DNA of 64,000 nucleotides from Eledone cirrhosa (GCA_964016885.1 OZ024746.1:38316001-38380000); one strand, 5' to 3'; shown: positions 42,461 to 56,049, numbered from the stretch's first letter. A program made the numbers and translations. The notes: generated from the letters alone by a model not told the origin.

Positions 42461-43379
42461 CAGGAAATTGTACTTTTAAGACAATCTCAAAGTAGTATCA
42501 GCGTGAAACTTTCTGTGAAAAGACGTAGCTGCCTCTTCTTTGCAGTTCTCATCTACCTGATTGCATTCACAAGCCCCGGGATTCTAATAAAATGACATGC
42601 TCAAGATCCAACACATCCTTCTGACGTCCAGGATTCTATGTATGCGGAGCAAAAGCCTTAATCAGTTAGGTATATATTAAAAATTACTCACACACGCGCA
42701 CACTGTGCTAGAAATCACTATATCTCTCATTGCAACGTTCGTAATGCTTGCATTCTTCATTAATTTTATTTTTCATCTTGCTATTGTTATAATTGCTTGG
42801 AATTGCTGTGTATATTTAAATATCTATTTCATTTATTTATTTATCTATTTATTACTTATTTTCACAGTTACAAAGATCATGGTTCCTATTCTTGTGCATA
42901 CATTTTAATACTTTTTCTCTTTTGTTATTTTACCTTCCTTCCTTCTTTTCTTTCTCTTTTTCATTTCACGGTATTTTTCTTAGAGATTCGATCATGTGCC
43001 AAAGTTAATCGGTAAAGCGACGTTCTTGAAAAACAAAAGCTGTATAATATATATATATGTAGGTGTGTGAGTGTTTAAATGTGTATGTATGTGTTTGTGT
43101 ATGTGTGTATGTACAAATATATCACGTTTATTATTCTTATCCCCCTTCACGTCCAGAAAGAAATTGTCTTTTCATGTTCAACTCAACTCTCACAGCCACT
43201 GTCTCTCTTTCATATATTATTCTTTTCTTAGAAAAGTGGTGCCATCTGTGGGTTTCATTAAGATAAGTATCCTATATGTTATCATTTCACAGTTTCGTTT
43301 TATTTCCTAAAAAGTTGGCGCTCGTGTTGGTGTGCATTTTCGTTAGTATTTGATGGAGTAAAAATTATTTTTCTTGTGC

Positions 43380-44460
<1,081 letters not shown>

Positions 44461-45003
44461 ACACTTCCCCTATATATATCCGGGTATTTTTGTATGGTAT
44501 GCATGAATATATGTACGGACCTCCTTCACTGCAGACACTGATGTTCTAGCTGAAGTTGGTATAGCTTCAGTTCAATCTTTAATCTTGGGAAACCGATTCA
44601 GATTGACGTGGCACCGTGTGCGCATACATGACGAACTTACTCCAAAACGGTTCTTTTATAGCGAACGTGTTTAGGTGAAACGAATGCAGTGTAAACTGCT
44701 AACTTTGAGTTGTTTCCTTTCAAGGTCATTAAATCATATTCCGGTCTTGAACTGTATCTCTTCTCAATTTCGTTTCACTTTCCACTTCTAGCTTCCTGGA
44801 AGAAATCTGCTGTGTTCATACTTGAAAATGGATTAGGATCACAGGCTTTCAACCAATCAAGCTATGCAATATATCATGTCATTTGCCTGTGAGAAAGTGA
44901 GGGAGCAAATACATTAAATTATATTTTGGTATTACAACTCCCAGTAAAATCAACTATCACAAACTGACTGTCGCTTAGTGTGTTCTATTATATTGACAAT
45001 AAG

Positions 45004-45055
45004 AGGGCAGTGGATGGGCAGTATCGGTAGAGAGTCGGACGCCATGTTTTCCAGC
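45004..45055 (+). mobile_element. SINE 5' fragment
   Basis: ggcagtatcggtagagagtcggacgccatg head. Confidence 0.7.
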
Positions 45056-45337
45056 GAAACAGATTTGAGTTTTGAAATTTAAATTTGTCCAGGTATCACG
45101 GCTATTGCCAATATGGGTTTGTTTTTATTGATTTATTATTTTAAATCGAAACAGGCAAACTGTATTAATTTAATTAGTATTTTTCAATCTATCTAACTTG
45201 GTCATTTGCAATACAAACACATATATACTTGTATTAGTTTTTATCATATATTAATTTGTATTTCACGGCTCAGAAATATCTCTTTCTTTGAACTATTTAA
45301 TTGTAAAAGAGTGTTTGAGTTTATAACTCTATATATA

Positions 45338-45403
<66 letters not shown>

Positions 45404-45569
45404 CAATATATTTAGAAACACACAGATACATGCGGACACACACATATATACATGAATGCATCCGCACCCAACTGTGAGTTAAGGGTGCCAACTTCACCGA
45501 TGTTGCTCAATGAATGACTGGGACAGACCAATTCAATTGAACTAGACTGAACCAGTATCAGAGTTAAAA

Positions 45570-46316
45570 ATACATTATGAAGAGAGAAGAAACATTTAGA
45601 TATAATTAGTAATAAAATGTATCATACCTAAACTGCTCCTAAATTCCGCGACTACGTAGTTTCGTGGCATAAACAAAAACAATATATCAAAGATATAGAG
45701 TCCTTGCGAGGTCTGCCGGCTTATCAAGAGGATACCTCATTTTACTAGTCTCAAGAACGCGTCTACACGACGTGAGAAAGAATCCCAAAAGGCGGAGGGG
45801 GAGATAGTCACGCGATATAACGGTCGAGAAACAGAGCTAAGCCTCTTATAACTACGAAGAAAATACCACGGAGGCGGAGGGGGTATTCATATCGAGGCCG
45901 CAGAAGAGGTGGTGAAGAAGGCGAGAAGTATGAGTAATGGAAGCTTTCCAGTTGTCCCCACGCTTCAAAGATTGCTCGACCAGGGGGAGTTATTAACAAT
46001 ATATTTAACCCCCTCCGCCTCCGTGGTATTTTCTTCGTGGTTATAAGAGGCTTAGCTCTGTTTCTCGACCGTTATATCGCGTGACTATCTCCCCCTCCGC
46101 TTTTTGGGATTATTTCTCACGTCGTGTAGACGCGTTCTTGAGACTAGTAAAATGAGGTATCCTCTTGATAAGTCGGCAGACCTCGCAAGGACTCTATATC
46201 TTTGATATAATGTTTTTGTTTATGCCACGAAACTACGTAGTCGAGGAATTTAGGAGCAGTTTAGGTATGATACATTTTATTACTAATTATATCTAAATGT
46301 TTCTTCTCTCTTCATA

Positions 46317-46322
<6 letters not shown>
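45570..46322. repeat. Fold-back element FB1: 315-bp inverted arms, ~120-bp spacer
   Basis: 45570-45884 is the reverse complement of 46008-46322 with a few mismatches. Right end abuts (AT)n. Confidence 0.95.
46160..46247 (+). ncRNA. Degenerate type I hammerhead-like motif with extended stem II region (mirror copy on - strand in left arm)
   Basis: tcctc-TTGATAA-gtcggca...tgccac-GAAAC-tacgta-GTC-gagga: stem I tcctc/gagga, palindromic helix III, GUC triplet. Two departures from CUGANGA. Confidence 0.45.
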
Positions 46323-46383
<61 letters not shown>

Positions 46384-47013
46384 GATCAAAAGATGGTTAA
46401 AAGAGTTCCATGTATTATATTATGCGCATTTCAAAAACAAATACAAATATCATGAAATGCTTTATTGTACTACAATAAAACTCACCTCCTACATTATATA
46501 TATATATAGTGGTAGAACACTGGAAGGTAATATCCGTAGTGGTAGACCATTCAGTGCATGGGACGAGTTAGGTTGAAGTGGTTACACAACAGTTAGTTCA
46601 CAATACCGAGAACAACTTAGCGGATCATCAGCTCGTAATGTACATGGTTATAAGGAACATTGAAGGACATACATAAATATTTATTTATATTAATGAGCGG
46701 ATAGGCGTGCCTATATTTGTGTAATTTTGCGAACTATATATGTGTGTATGTCTGTGTGTGAGAGTGTGAATGAAGATGAATTTGCTAAAAGATATATCAA
46801 TAAAACAAGTTTCTGTATGAGATTGTGCATGTGCGTAAATTTACACTGTTATATACCGTCTTTCTCCTCACTTCTGTTCCATCGATTCATCTTACATATA
46901 TATATACATATATATTCGTTGTTTTTTTCTTTTTGTCTCTCTACACCATTTATTGACTTGTTATCGATGTGGTTACCGCTCACTATATCTCCATTTATAT
47001 CATTCCTGATATG

Positions 47014-47050
<37 letters not shown>

Positions 47051-47106
47051 TTCGTTTCTGAATTTGTTTAGCAAGATTCTTTATCTGAAAACGTGTGTTG
47101 AAACCG

Positions 47107-47951
47107 ATATTGTTATACTTTGGGGGGGTCATGTTGCCAATAAGAAACACACGCACCAGTTGCTTTCACTTCAATTTATTATAAATTAAATTTATAAATT
47201 TAGGAATTTATAAATTTCCGGTTGGTTGGCTGGTTCCACAACCAGACGATTGTTCATATATTGTCAAAGTTCTTTCGTCACACAGTCTGTGACTTCTTCA
47301 GTTACTGGGGATTCTTTTCTTTGTTTTAGTGCCTCTCCTTTGTTCTGTCCTACACCATATTGTTTTTGTGTGTGTTGTGTGCTTAGTTTGCGCATGTATT
47401 ACATCCGGGTGTCTGTGTGTGTTTATATTTGTTTATTTATTTGTTTATTTACATGTTACTGGTTGGTTGTTTGTTCTATGTGTGTGTGTGTTTTCATTTT
47501 GTCCTTAATTGTAAGTTGTGATGTTGCTGTTCCATTCATGTTTTCTATTTAATTTTGGTTGGAGTTCATTTATGTTTATTGCCTCTGTGATTTGTCTAAA
47601 CAACCAACCAGTAACATGTAATAAAACAATTAAATAAACAAATATAAGCACACACAGACACCTGGATATAACACATGCGCAAACTAAGCACACAACACAC
47701 ACAAAAACAAGATGGCGTAGGACAGAACAAAGGAGAGGCACAAAAAGAAAGAAAAGAATCCCCAGTCACTGAAGAGGTCACAGAATGTGTGACGAAATAA
47801 CTTTGACAATATATGAACAATCATCTGGTTGTGGAACCAACCAACAGGAAATTTATAAATTCCTAAATTTATAAATTTAATTTATAATAAATTGAAGTGA
47901 AAGCAACTGGTGCGTGTGTTTCTTATTGGCAACATGACCCTCCCAAAGTAT

Positions 47952-47959
<8 letters not shown>
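47107..47959. repeat. Fold-back element FB2: ~365-bp inverted arms, ~125-bp spacer
   Basis: 47107-47472 is the reverse complement of 47598-47959, visibly diverged. Termini atattgttatactttggg(a/g)gggtcat. Confidence 0.95.
47765..47807 (+). ncRNA. Minimal type I hammerhead-like motif (mirror copy at 47263-47305, - strand)
   Basis: gtca-CTGAAGA-g-gtcaca-gaatg-tgtgac-GAAA-(t/g)aac-TT-tgac: stem I gtca/tgac, stem II gtcaca/tgtgac, very short helix III. Confidence 0.6.
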
Positions 47960-47981
<22 letters not shown>

Positions 47982-47990
<9 letters not shown>

Positions 47991-48177
47991 TAAAAATGAA
48001 AAGAAAAGCTGACAAATTTTTCCCAGTGAAAAATACTTTAATTAGGAATAAGTATAAGTTAGTAATAAGTATTAGTTAGTAACTAATACTTATTACTAAT
48101 CTATACTTATTCCTAATTAAACTAATTTCCACTGGGAAAAATTTGTCAGCATTTTCTTTTCCTATATACTAATATAT
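47982..48177. repeat. Fold-back element FB3: ~195-bp imperfect hairpin with almost no spacer
   Basis: gctgacaaatttttcccagtg/cactgggaaaaatttgtcagc and ttagtaataagtattagtt/aactaatacttattactaa; centre ~48079. Confidence 0.9.
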
Positions 48178-48222
48178 CACAACTTGCGTGTCACACCTCT
48201 ATTTTCATATATATATATACAG

Positions 48223-48253
<31 letters not shown>

Positions 48254-48254
48254 T

Positions 48255-48897
48255 ATATTGTTATACTTGGGGAGGGTCATATTTGTGTAATATTGCCAGA
48301 ATTAATAACAGAACACACTCACTGTTTGGTTGGTTTTCGCTTCTCGCTGTCTTTTATATCTGCAATCTAGCTTACTCGGTCCTCAATGTTGCCATTGACT
48401 GACCGACGGTCAAATTTAATACAGATACAATATAGACACAAACACATATATATAGTTTACATAATTTACATAAATCTTTCGTTGCACATCTGCAACATCG
48501 TCAGTGGTGTTATATTTTCCTCCTGTTGTGTTGTATGTCTACGCCATTTTTTGTATACAAAAATGGCGTAGACATACAACACAACAGGGGGAAAATTACA
48601 AAAAATGTCGTAGACATACAACACAACAGGAGGAAAATATAACACCACTGACGATGTTGCAGATGTGCAACGAAAGATTTATGTAAATTATGTAAACTAT
48701 ATATATGTGTTTGTGTCTATATTGTATCTGTATTATTTTTGACCGTCGGTCAGTCAATGGCAACATTGAGGACCGAGTAAGCTAGATTGCAGATATAAAA
48801 GACAGCGAGAAGCGAAAACCAACCAAACAGTGAGTGTGTTCTGTTATTAATTCTGGCAATATTACACAAATATGACCCTCCCCAAGTATAACAATAT
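48255..48897. repeat. Fold-back element FB4: ~300-bp near-perfect palindrome, no spacer, ~41-bp tandem duplication at the start of the right arm
   Basis: Centre gtatac at 48553-48558. Arms are almost identical. Termini atattgttatacttggggagggtcat as in FB2. Confidence 0.96.
48644..48685 (+). ncRNA. Hammerhead core motif (mirror copy in left arm)
   Basis: CTGACGA-t-gttgca-gatg-tgcaac-GAAAG-at-TTA: intact core boxes and 6-bp stem II; stem I weak. Confidence 0.55.
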
Positions 48898-48938
48898 TTG
48901 TTTCGACACACATATAAAAAACCTCGCTAAACTTATAC

Positions 48939-48987
<49 letters not shown>

Positions 48988-48992
<5 letters not shown>

Positions 48993-49333
48993 ATATTAAA
49001 TAAATGGAAACTATATATATAAAACCATATTTATTCTATTATATATGTTTCAAGGGTACCAAATATTTTGGTACGCTATCATCAAATAAAATACAAAATG
49101 TTTTATAAATATTTGACATGACCAAAGATAATATACCTTAACGGTTCAAGTTATCCCTGGAAAGTTGTCCCTGGAAAGTTAGCCCTGGAAAGACATTGGT
49201 CATGTCAAATATTTATAAAACATTTTGTATTTTATCTGATGATAGGGTACCAAAATATTTGGTACCCTTTAAATATATATAATAGAATAAATATGGTTTT
49301 ATAAATATAGTTTCCATTTATTTAATATCATTG
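48988..49333. repeat. Fold-back element FB5: 138-bp arms, 70-bp spacer with three 14-bp repeats
   Basis: 48988-49125 is the reverse complement of 49196-49333. Spacer has aagtt(a/g)(t/g)ccctgga three times. Left end abuts (AT)n. Confidence 0.93.
49228..49289 (+). ncRNA. Degenerate type I hammerhead motif
   Basis: Two-arm consensus tattttat-CTGATGA-t-agggtaccaaa-ata-tttggtaccct-t-GAAAC-atat-ATA-atagaata. The right arm keeps CTGATGA and the left arm keeps GAAAC. Confidence 0.55.
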
Positions 49334-49421
49334 AATAATTACTCCAGAAACTTGTCGAGTGCTCTGAATCAGTTATAAACATCTATATTTGTTGGATTTC
49401 CAACAAATTAAATATCTCTTC

Positions 49422-49790
<369 letters not shown>

Positions 49791-52656
49791 CAAAATGAAT
49801 GCAGTAAAAACCTGTTAGGCCCTTACTCACCAGAGTGCTCGATACTTAGGGTAGTGGAATGTGGTAATATGAAAGAGCTCAGCCGTCGGGGTCCGACACT
49901 TATATATATATATATATATATATATGTGTGGGTGTGTGTCTGTGTGTTTGCGTGTGTTTGTGTCTGTGTCTGTGTGTCTGTGTCTCTGTGTGTGTGTGCG
50001 TGTAGAATCTAATGTCGCTATACATAAGCATGTTACCTATTTCTGTTGTCATTTATGTGTCTGTGTGTGTGTGCGTATGTGTGTAGTCAAACCTGTATCA
50101 GTGTTAATCGTTTTTCTGTGAATCTTTTACTCAGTACACAGGCTCAACTTTGAATGAAGAATTTTCCAATCTCCCTGACAGTATTGAGTGCTATTTTTCG
50201 CTTAAATACATTTCACATCAATGTGACATTCTCAGTCAAATGTATTTCATACGTGTTTGTGAATTGGTGTCCGTATGTGCGTGTATGCGCATATGTATAC
50301 ATACGTTTATCTATATGTATCTGTATATATGCACTGTTTACTGCACTGGGTGCACATTTTCGAACCAAACAAACTAATCAATCATCTTTTTTACTAATTT
50401 AGTATCATTTCAATATCTTTTTTTCCCCTTTTCCTTGTTTGTCTATCATCTATCCTTTAAACGTTTTATTAATATGATATTTTCCATCTGGCATCCATAT
50501 TTTTTCTTTTCTCTTCACACATCAATTTTATTTTCATGAAGCTTAAACGCCATTTTATATTTTTCTTCCTCCCCAAAAATGTTTTTTGTATATTATTGTT
50601 TGTTATTTTTACGATATTGTCTTCTTCAAAATGGCCAAGTACGAGACAAAATGCCTTGTGAGATTTAGTTATGTCCCGCTTTTTCTTGTGTTCAAATCTA
50701 TCTAATGTCGATTTTGACTTGACTTTCATCCTTCCCAGTTTCGATAACATATTACCTGTCAAATACTGACGCCTCTTTTTTCGATGTAATGATAGCGAGC
50801 CTTTTTAGGTCTAAGGCTGAAATGTCTTTATTTTCTTTATCACTTCCGTGTTGTATGCATATATGTTTGAAGTAAATGTGTTTTATATCGCGGTATTGCT
50901 GACGCACATCAGAGGATTAACGTTCCTCACTTATATTACCCATGAAAGATAGCAACAATATACTTATATTGAAATATATTACTTCCTAGCTTTGTGATCT
51001 AACCATCGTTTTCAAAGGGTTGATATTATCTTTGGTTATAATACTTGTAACAAAATATTTATTCTTTGCTTTATTTGCAGGTGTCTTTCTTTACTTCTTC
51101 AATAACAGCAATAACAATTCATTGATTCTAAGTGGTATTTTTTCTCAGGGATATTGGTATTTAGATGCTGGCTAGACCTGAGAGTTTGTGTCAACAATCA
51201 AAAAGGTTTCAGTCATTTCAGATATAGTGTATTCAGGACTACAATATTTCAGAGTGTTATGTAGTTTTCAGATTTGTTGTGTGTTTGTTCTAGTGTGAGA
51301 TGTGGTTGCTCTTATCATTATATCTAGCTGGTTATCGTTTGACATCATCGTACATAATCTAGACTCATTTTTCTTCACTGATCTTCTGCACGCACTAAAT
51401 TCTTATACAATAAGTATTGAGTTTATTGCAGATACGGTCTCACTTCTTTGCCATGTTAGTATAGAACAGTATTTATTTTGCACCCTACTTTTCCTTATGT
51501 AGAGTTGCACACATTTCTTCTTCTTCTTCTTCTTCTTCTTCTTCTCTCGCCGTAATTCCTTTATCATCATAAAGCTTATTTTGATATTGAACAAGGGGAT
51601 AATCCCTTTGAAACTAATTCAGTTTGATACAGTTCATTATGTGCAAGTGCTTATCATGTTGTTCCTTAGGGGAAAATGATAATCACATGCTCATAATAAA
51701 CTGAGATTTCAGTATCGAAATTAACAATCTCTAACCTTTAGCGGAACAATAACATCACAGCTAGTATTGAAGATAGTATCAGCCTCGTTCTCATATGACG
51801 AAATGAGACTTGTATAATAGAAGGACATTGAAACAGGTCACCCACTCTTCCAATCATTCTACATTTGCTCCGTTTTGAGGCCTACTTTCTAAAGAAACAA
51901 ATCATTAGGGTAGAGAGTTATTGCATAGCTCGACCTAACTTCACAACGTGATCCTTGGATGTTTTAAGAACAGTTCACATGTAGTGATTCTTCTTCAAAT
52001 TTCCAGGCTAGGCACCAGTCATCTCCTTCTTCCCAACATTGGTGCCCAATCCGTAAAATTTACTTTCTACTTAAGATCCCGTTTGTTAAAAGTCTATTTA
52101 TCTTGTGAGACCATGGGAAGTTGGGTTTCAGTATATGTTGATAGAAAACGGTAATGTACCAAGTGAGTGTACTCTAAATCGTCGCAAGGGAATTTTGGAA
52201 TCAGCGTCACCAAAGAACTTGCTAGACCAGAGTTGAAGACAATGTAGGAGTTCCTTAGACACTGGCCCCATTACTTAATAGGAGTTTGTACTTTCTTTTG
52301 ATCCTGCAAATCTGAAGGACAGCTCCGAGGTAGGTGGGATTTTATCGCAAAACGTAAGGTTCTGGAGGGATATTGCCGATATTCTAACAACTTCCTTAAT
52401 GACTACTAGATTTGCATATCAGCAGACTGACCAGTCAGTTTCCTGTATACGAGCGATAAATGGCCGGCTTTGCCAAATTCAAATAAAAAAGAAAATGTCG
52501 CTCTTCATGGCTGAATACAATAAATGTAATCTGAGTTTTTCGAATATTAATAATAACATTCGATTCGTTTGCAAGCCTCAATTTTAAGCCTCAATTTTAT
52601 AGCCATGTCAGTAGAATGAAAACTTCATTCTTGCTCTTGTGTTGGCATGCGAACAG

Positions 52657-52703
52657 AAATTCAGACACTAATGTTTCTGAGTAGCACCCTTCATCAGTGA
52701 GCT
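52657..52703 (-). ncRNA. Type I hammerhead motif, inverted copy
   Basis: Minus strand: agctca-CTGATGA-agggtgctactca-GAAAC-attagt-GTC-tgaatt. Confidence 0.62.
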
Positions 52704-52747
52704 TTACTGATGAAGGGTGATACCCAGAAACATTAGTGTCTGCAGTT
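52700..52747 (+). ncRNA. Type I hammerhead ribozyme motif
   Basis: agcttta-CTGATGA-a-gggt-gat-accc-a-GAAAC-a-ttag-t-GTC-tgcagtt: intact core, helix III ACA/UGU, GUC triplet; one stem I mismatch. Confidence 0.75.
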
Positions 52748-52932
52748 CTGTTCGCATGCCAACACAAGAGCAAGAATGATATGCAAATCTGGCTGATCAG
52801 TGGATCTGCTAATATGCAGATCTGACTGATCAGCCAGTCTGCTAATATGCAAATCAGGCCGATCAGTCACTGTGTATTTTCGAAAATAGCATATATTTTC
52901 ACTAGCTGTAACAGTTTGGCAGGTGAACAGTG

Positions 52933-52980
52933 AGCTGTACTGATGAAGGGTGACACCCAGAAATATTAGTGTCTGCAGTT
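52933..52980 (+). ncRNA. Type I hammerhead ribozyme motif
   Basis: agctgta-CTGATGA-a-gggt-gac-accc-a-GAAAT-a-ttag-t-GTC-tgcagtt: 7-bp stem I with two G-U pairs, GUC triplet. Confidence 0.78.
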
Positions 52981-55880
52981 CTGTTCGCATGCCAACACAA
53001 GAGCAAGAATGAAGTGTTCATTCTATTGATATGGCTATAAAATCGAGGTTTGTTTGCATAATTGCAAACGAATCGAATGTTATTACTAATATTCGAAAAA
53101 CTCAGATTACATTTATTGTATTCAGCCATGTAGAGCGAAGTTTTCTTTTATATATATATATATATATATATAACTCTATGTCTCTACAACTACTACTACT
53201 ACTACTGATACTAATACTAATACTACTACCCTACTGCAGCCAAATCTCTCTCACATTGCATCCCTGAAATATATATGGGATGGTCTATTTTGAATTAGGT
53301 ATGAATAGCAACAAATATATCATAATGCAAAAAATGATCATCACAATTTAAAGCGCCACGCTGCATTGTACTACTATTACACAACGGGGACCATGCAAAA
53401 TAAGGAACCACTCGTCAGTATTACATCACTTTCACTGCCACTAGTGTTTAGTTGTAACTATTATTAATTGTATAAACTGAATTATGTGCAATTTAAGTGT
53501 GCTCTCATGGCTATATCTATTGAGCATGTTTAGTGTGAATACACGAACGACTGATTGTTCCGTTCGTATCAAAATAGACTATCAGCTCACGCCATCTGAC
53601 TCTGACTTCGTGTGAGTAAACAGCAACATTAACATCTCAGATGTAAAATCAACAGCAGCTAAAATAATTACACGGTCGAATAAGACAGACAACGCCTGCA
53701 GCAACATTAAATCTAGGAGCAGAATTACATTTTACAACTATATAAACGAAAGAAAGTGAAAAAAAAAATGAGTAAAAGTTATGAATGAAATAAAGGTGAT
53801 AAAGGTTATGTAGAAAATAAAAATAATTTTGCTGTTTACGGACATGAACAATGACGAAAGAGTCTAGTATCAACCAATTAGTTAAAATTCCTACATTTGT
53901 TAAGATGAGAGATTAAAAGAATTAAGGCATTTAATTAAAGAAAAAACATTTTTTTTTTCTTTTTTTTGCAGTTTACGATATTTTGTTGTCATTATTATTC
54001 ACTAATCTCTAGAGCAAACGTGTAGAAGAATATTTTTTATCCCAGGTTTTAATAGTCACTTCATTAATTAGCTGATCATCTCCGAATAGTCATCTCCACA
54101 ACAACTTTTGGTAAAAGTCAAAACAACATACTGGTAAGAATACTATTATTTTGTTCTTTAATACATATTTTTTTTTGTTCGACCCTCTCTTTGTCAGAAG
54201 TTATATGAAATTAGTGTCTAGATTCAAATACTGTCTTGAATGGAGTAATAAGACAACCCCCCCCCCCCGCTCCTACGCACACACATATACACATGTCTGG
54301 GTATTATTGATCTTTGTCAAGTGATAGCATTTTCTTATGATCACAAGTGTCTCGATGGCAATGAAGGCGCCGGAATAAAACGTATAAGATGCGACAATGT
54401 AATTATTACAGAAACTAATATAATAGTTATTGATGAGTAATGACTGATACAGCTATTGATAACTTTTGTTAAAACCTGGACTACGTCTGCTTCGTCGTAT
54501 TCCATTACAAAATCATTCTTCGTAGTCATTATAGTTTCATTATAATCTAGAAAGGATTCAATCTTGCGAAGCCTGTTCATTTCGATGTTACTCGTTAATT
54601 CATTGTGAAAAGTGATTGACGTCCGATGTACCTCCACAAAACAATATATTGAGACATTCAGAGAAGAAATGGCGGAAATGATGAGAAAATTTAATAAGGA
54701 AGACTTACTGAGCAAAAACGATGTGAAATGTTACATTAATGCTGGACAATAATAACAGGAAACTAGATTAGAATGAATGGCTAGGGAGTAATAAAATTGC
54801 AATGTTTGGTTCAAACAAATATATATGATACATAAAAATCTCTGCGAAAGTTTTAATAGATTAATACAGTATATGACATCTGAAATATCAACGAATAGCT
54901 GACAATTTACATGCAATACTGATACGAAATAATGCAAAATAAAAAACGATTTTCCTCATTCCAGAGTAAAATCAATCCTATGCAGATAATATTACGAGTA
55001 TGGAAGAATGTAATTTAGTATAGGGTAAGAATGTAATTTAACAGGGTATGGAAGAATGTAATTTAGTATAGAATGATTATCAATTAAGAAATAGGAAGAA
55101 ATGAATAGTAATACACACCCTACACTCCTAGATGGCGAATAATGTTACTGTATACGATGCAGGAATGGTCATGTGTTTTTACGAATGTCGCTATAGACTC
55201 AGGCTACTAACGAATGCAACACAATGTATCAGAACATTACTCTGCTATATTCCTGTTACAGAAATCAAGTTGAGAGGAAAATAGAGGTAGTTATGCGGAT
55301 GTTTTTCGGATGTTTTGCGGATGTATATATATACATATATATAGATATGTGTATGTGTGTGTATGTGTGTGGGGGTGTGGGGGTGTATATGTGGGTGGGT
55401 GTGCACGTGTATGTGTGTGTATGGGGAGGGGGGTGATATATCCGAGAAGCAGCTGCATGATTTACTAAACTGTCTACAAGATTTCACTAACAAGGATATA
55501 ACAGGATACACGTGCTTTTTCTCCTATCTTCATTTTAAGTTCTTCTATATACTCTCTTATATCTTCCTTTCTCATATCGTTTAAACATTTGGCATATTTC
55601 ATATCTATATACTAAAAATGTGTAAGTTTATATATTCATTTACGCAGTCTCGGCTACATATGTTCTCGGTTACATATGTATATATATATATATATATACA
55701 GGTACATAATTATCGTATATTTTGGCTACCTAGCACATTAATTAATGTATCTTAATTAACTACCAATATAAGCACTAATAATATACAAATTAGTATTTCC
55801 ATTACTAAATACTACTATAAGGACTAGTGCATATAAGCCTCTCGTTTACGTATTTTTTTGTGCTTCTTTATACGATATAC

Positions 55881-55930
55881 ATACCTTCTGACAAAGATCC
55901 CAACTAGATTCGAAAATCGATTAAAGGTAT
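55881..55930 (+). ncRNA. Solo degenerate minimal hammerhead motif (Penelope 3'-end type)
   Basis: atacctt-CTGACAA-agatc-ccaacta-gattc-GAAA-atcgat-TA-aaggtat: 7-bp stem I, palindromic helix III, one core substitution. AATAAA ~70 bp downstream. Confidence 0.55.
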
Positions 55931-56049
55931 TTACACTTTCCAAATATATAAGTGTGTGAATGTGTGTATTTGTCTGTGAGTATACACATATACCTTGAAT
56001 AAAACACTACTTCACTGCTACATTATTTTAGCGGCCACAGAAGGATTAA

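Larger units (their letters stand above)
52487..53150. mobile_element. Fold-back element FB6: inverted arm plus partial tandem copy, three hammerheads (Penelope pseudo-LTR or retrozyme-like)
   Basis: 52487-52698 is the reverse complement of ~52939-53150. Direct repeat 52695-52779 and 52928-53012. Right end abuts (AT)n. Confidence 0.85.

Noticed and set aside
45570-49333. Palindromes as pure assembly or amplification artefacts
   Set aside because: Arms carry independent substitutions and indels (FB2, FB3, FB5), have unique spacers and show consistent ribozyme polarity. Not fully excluded for FB4.
50469-52380. Possible decayed LINE ORF2 pieces on the - strand
   Set aside because: Motif-like fragments are weak and not in a consistent order.
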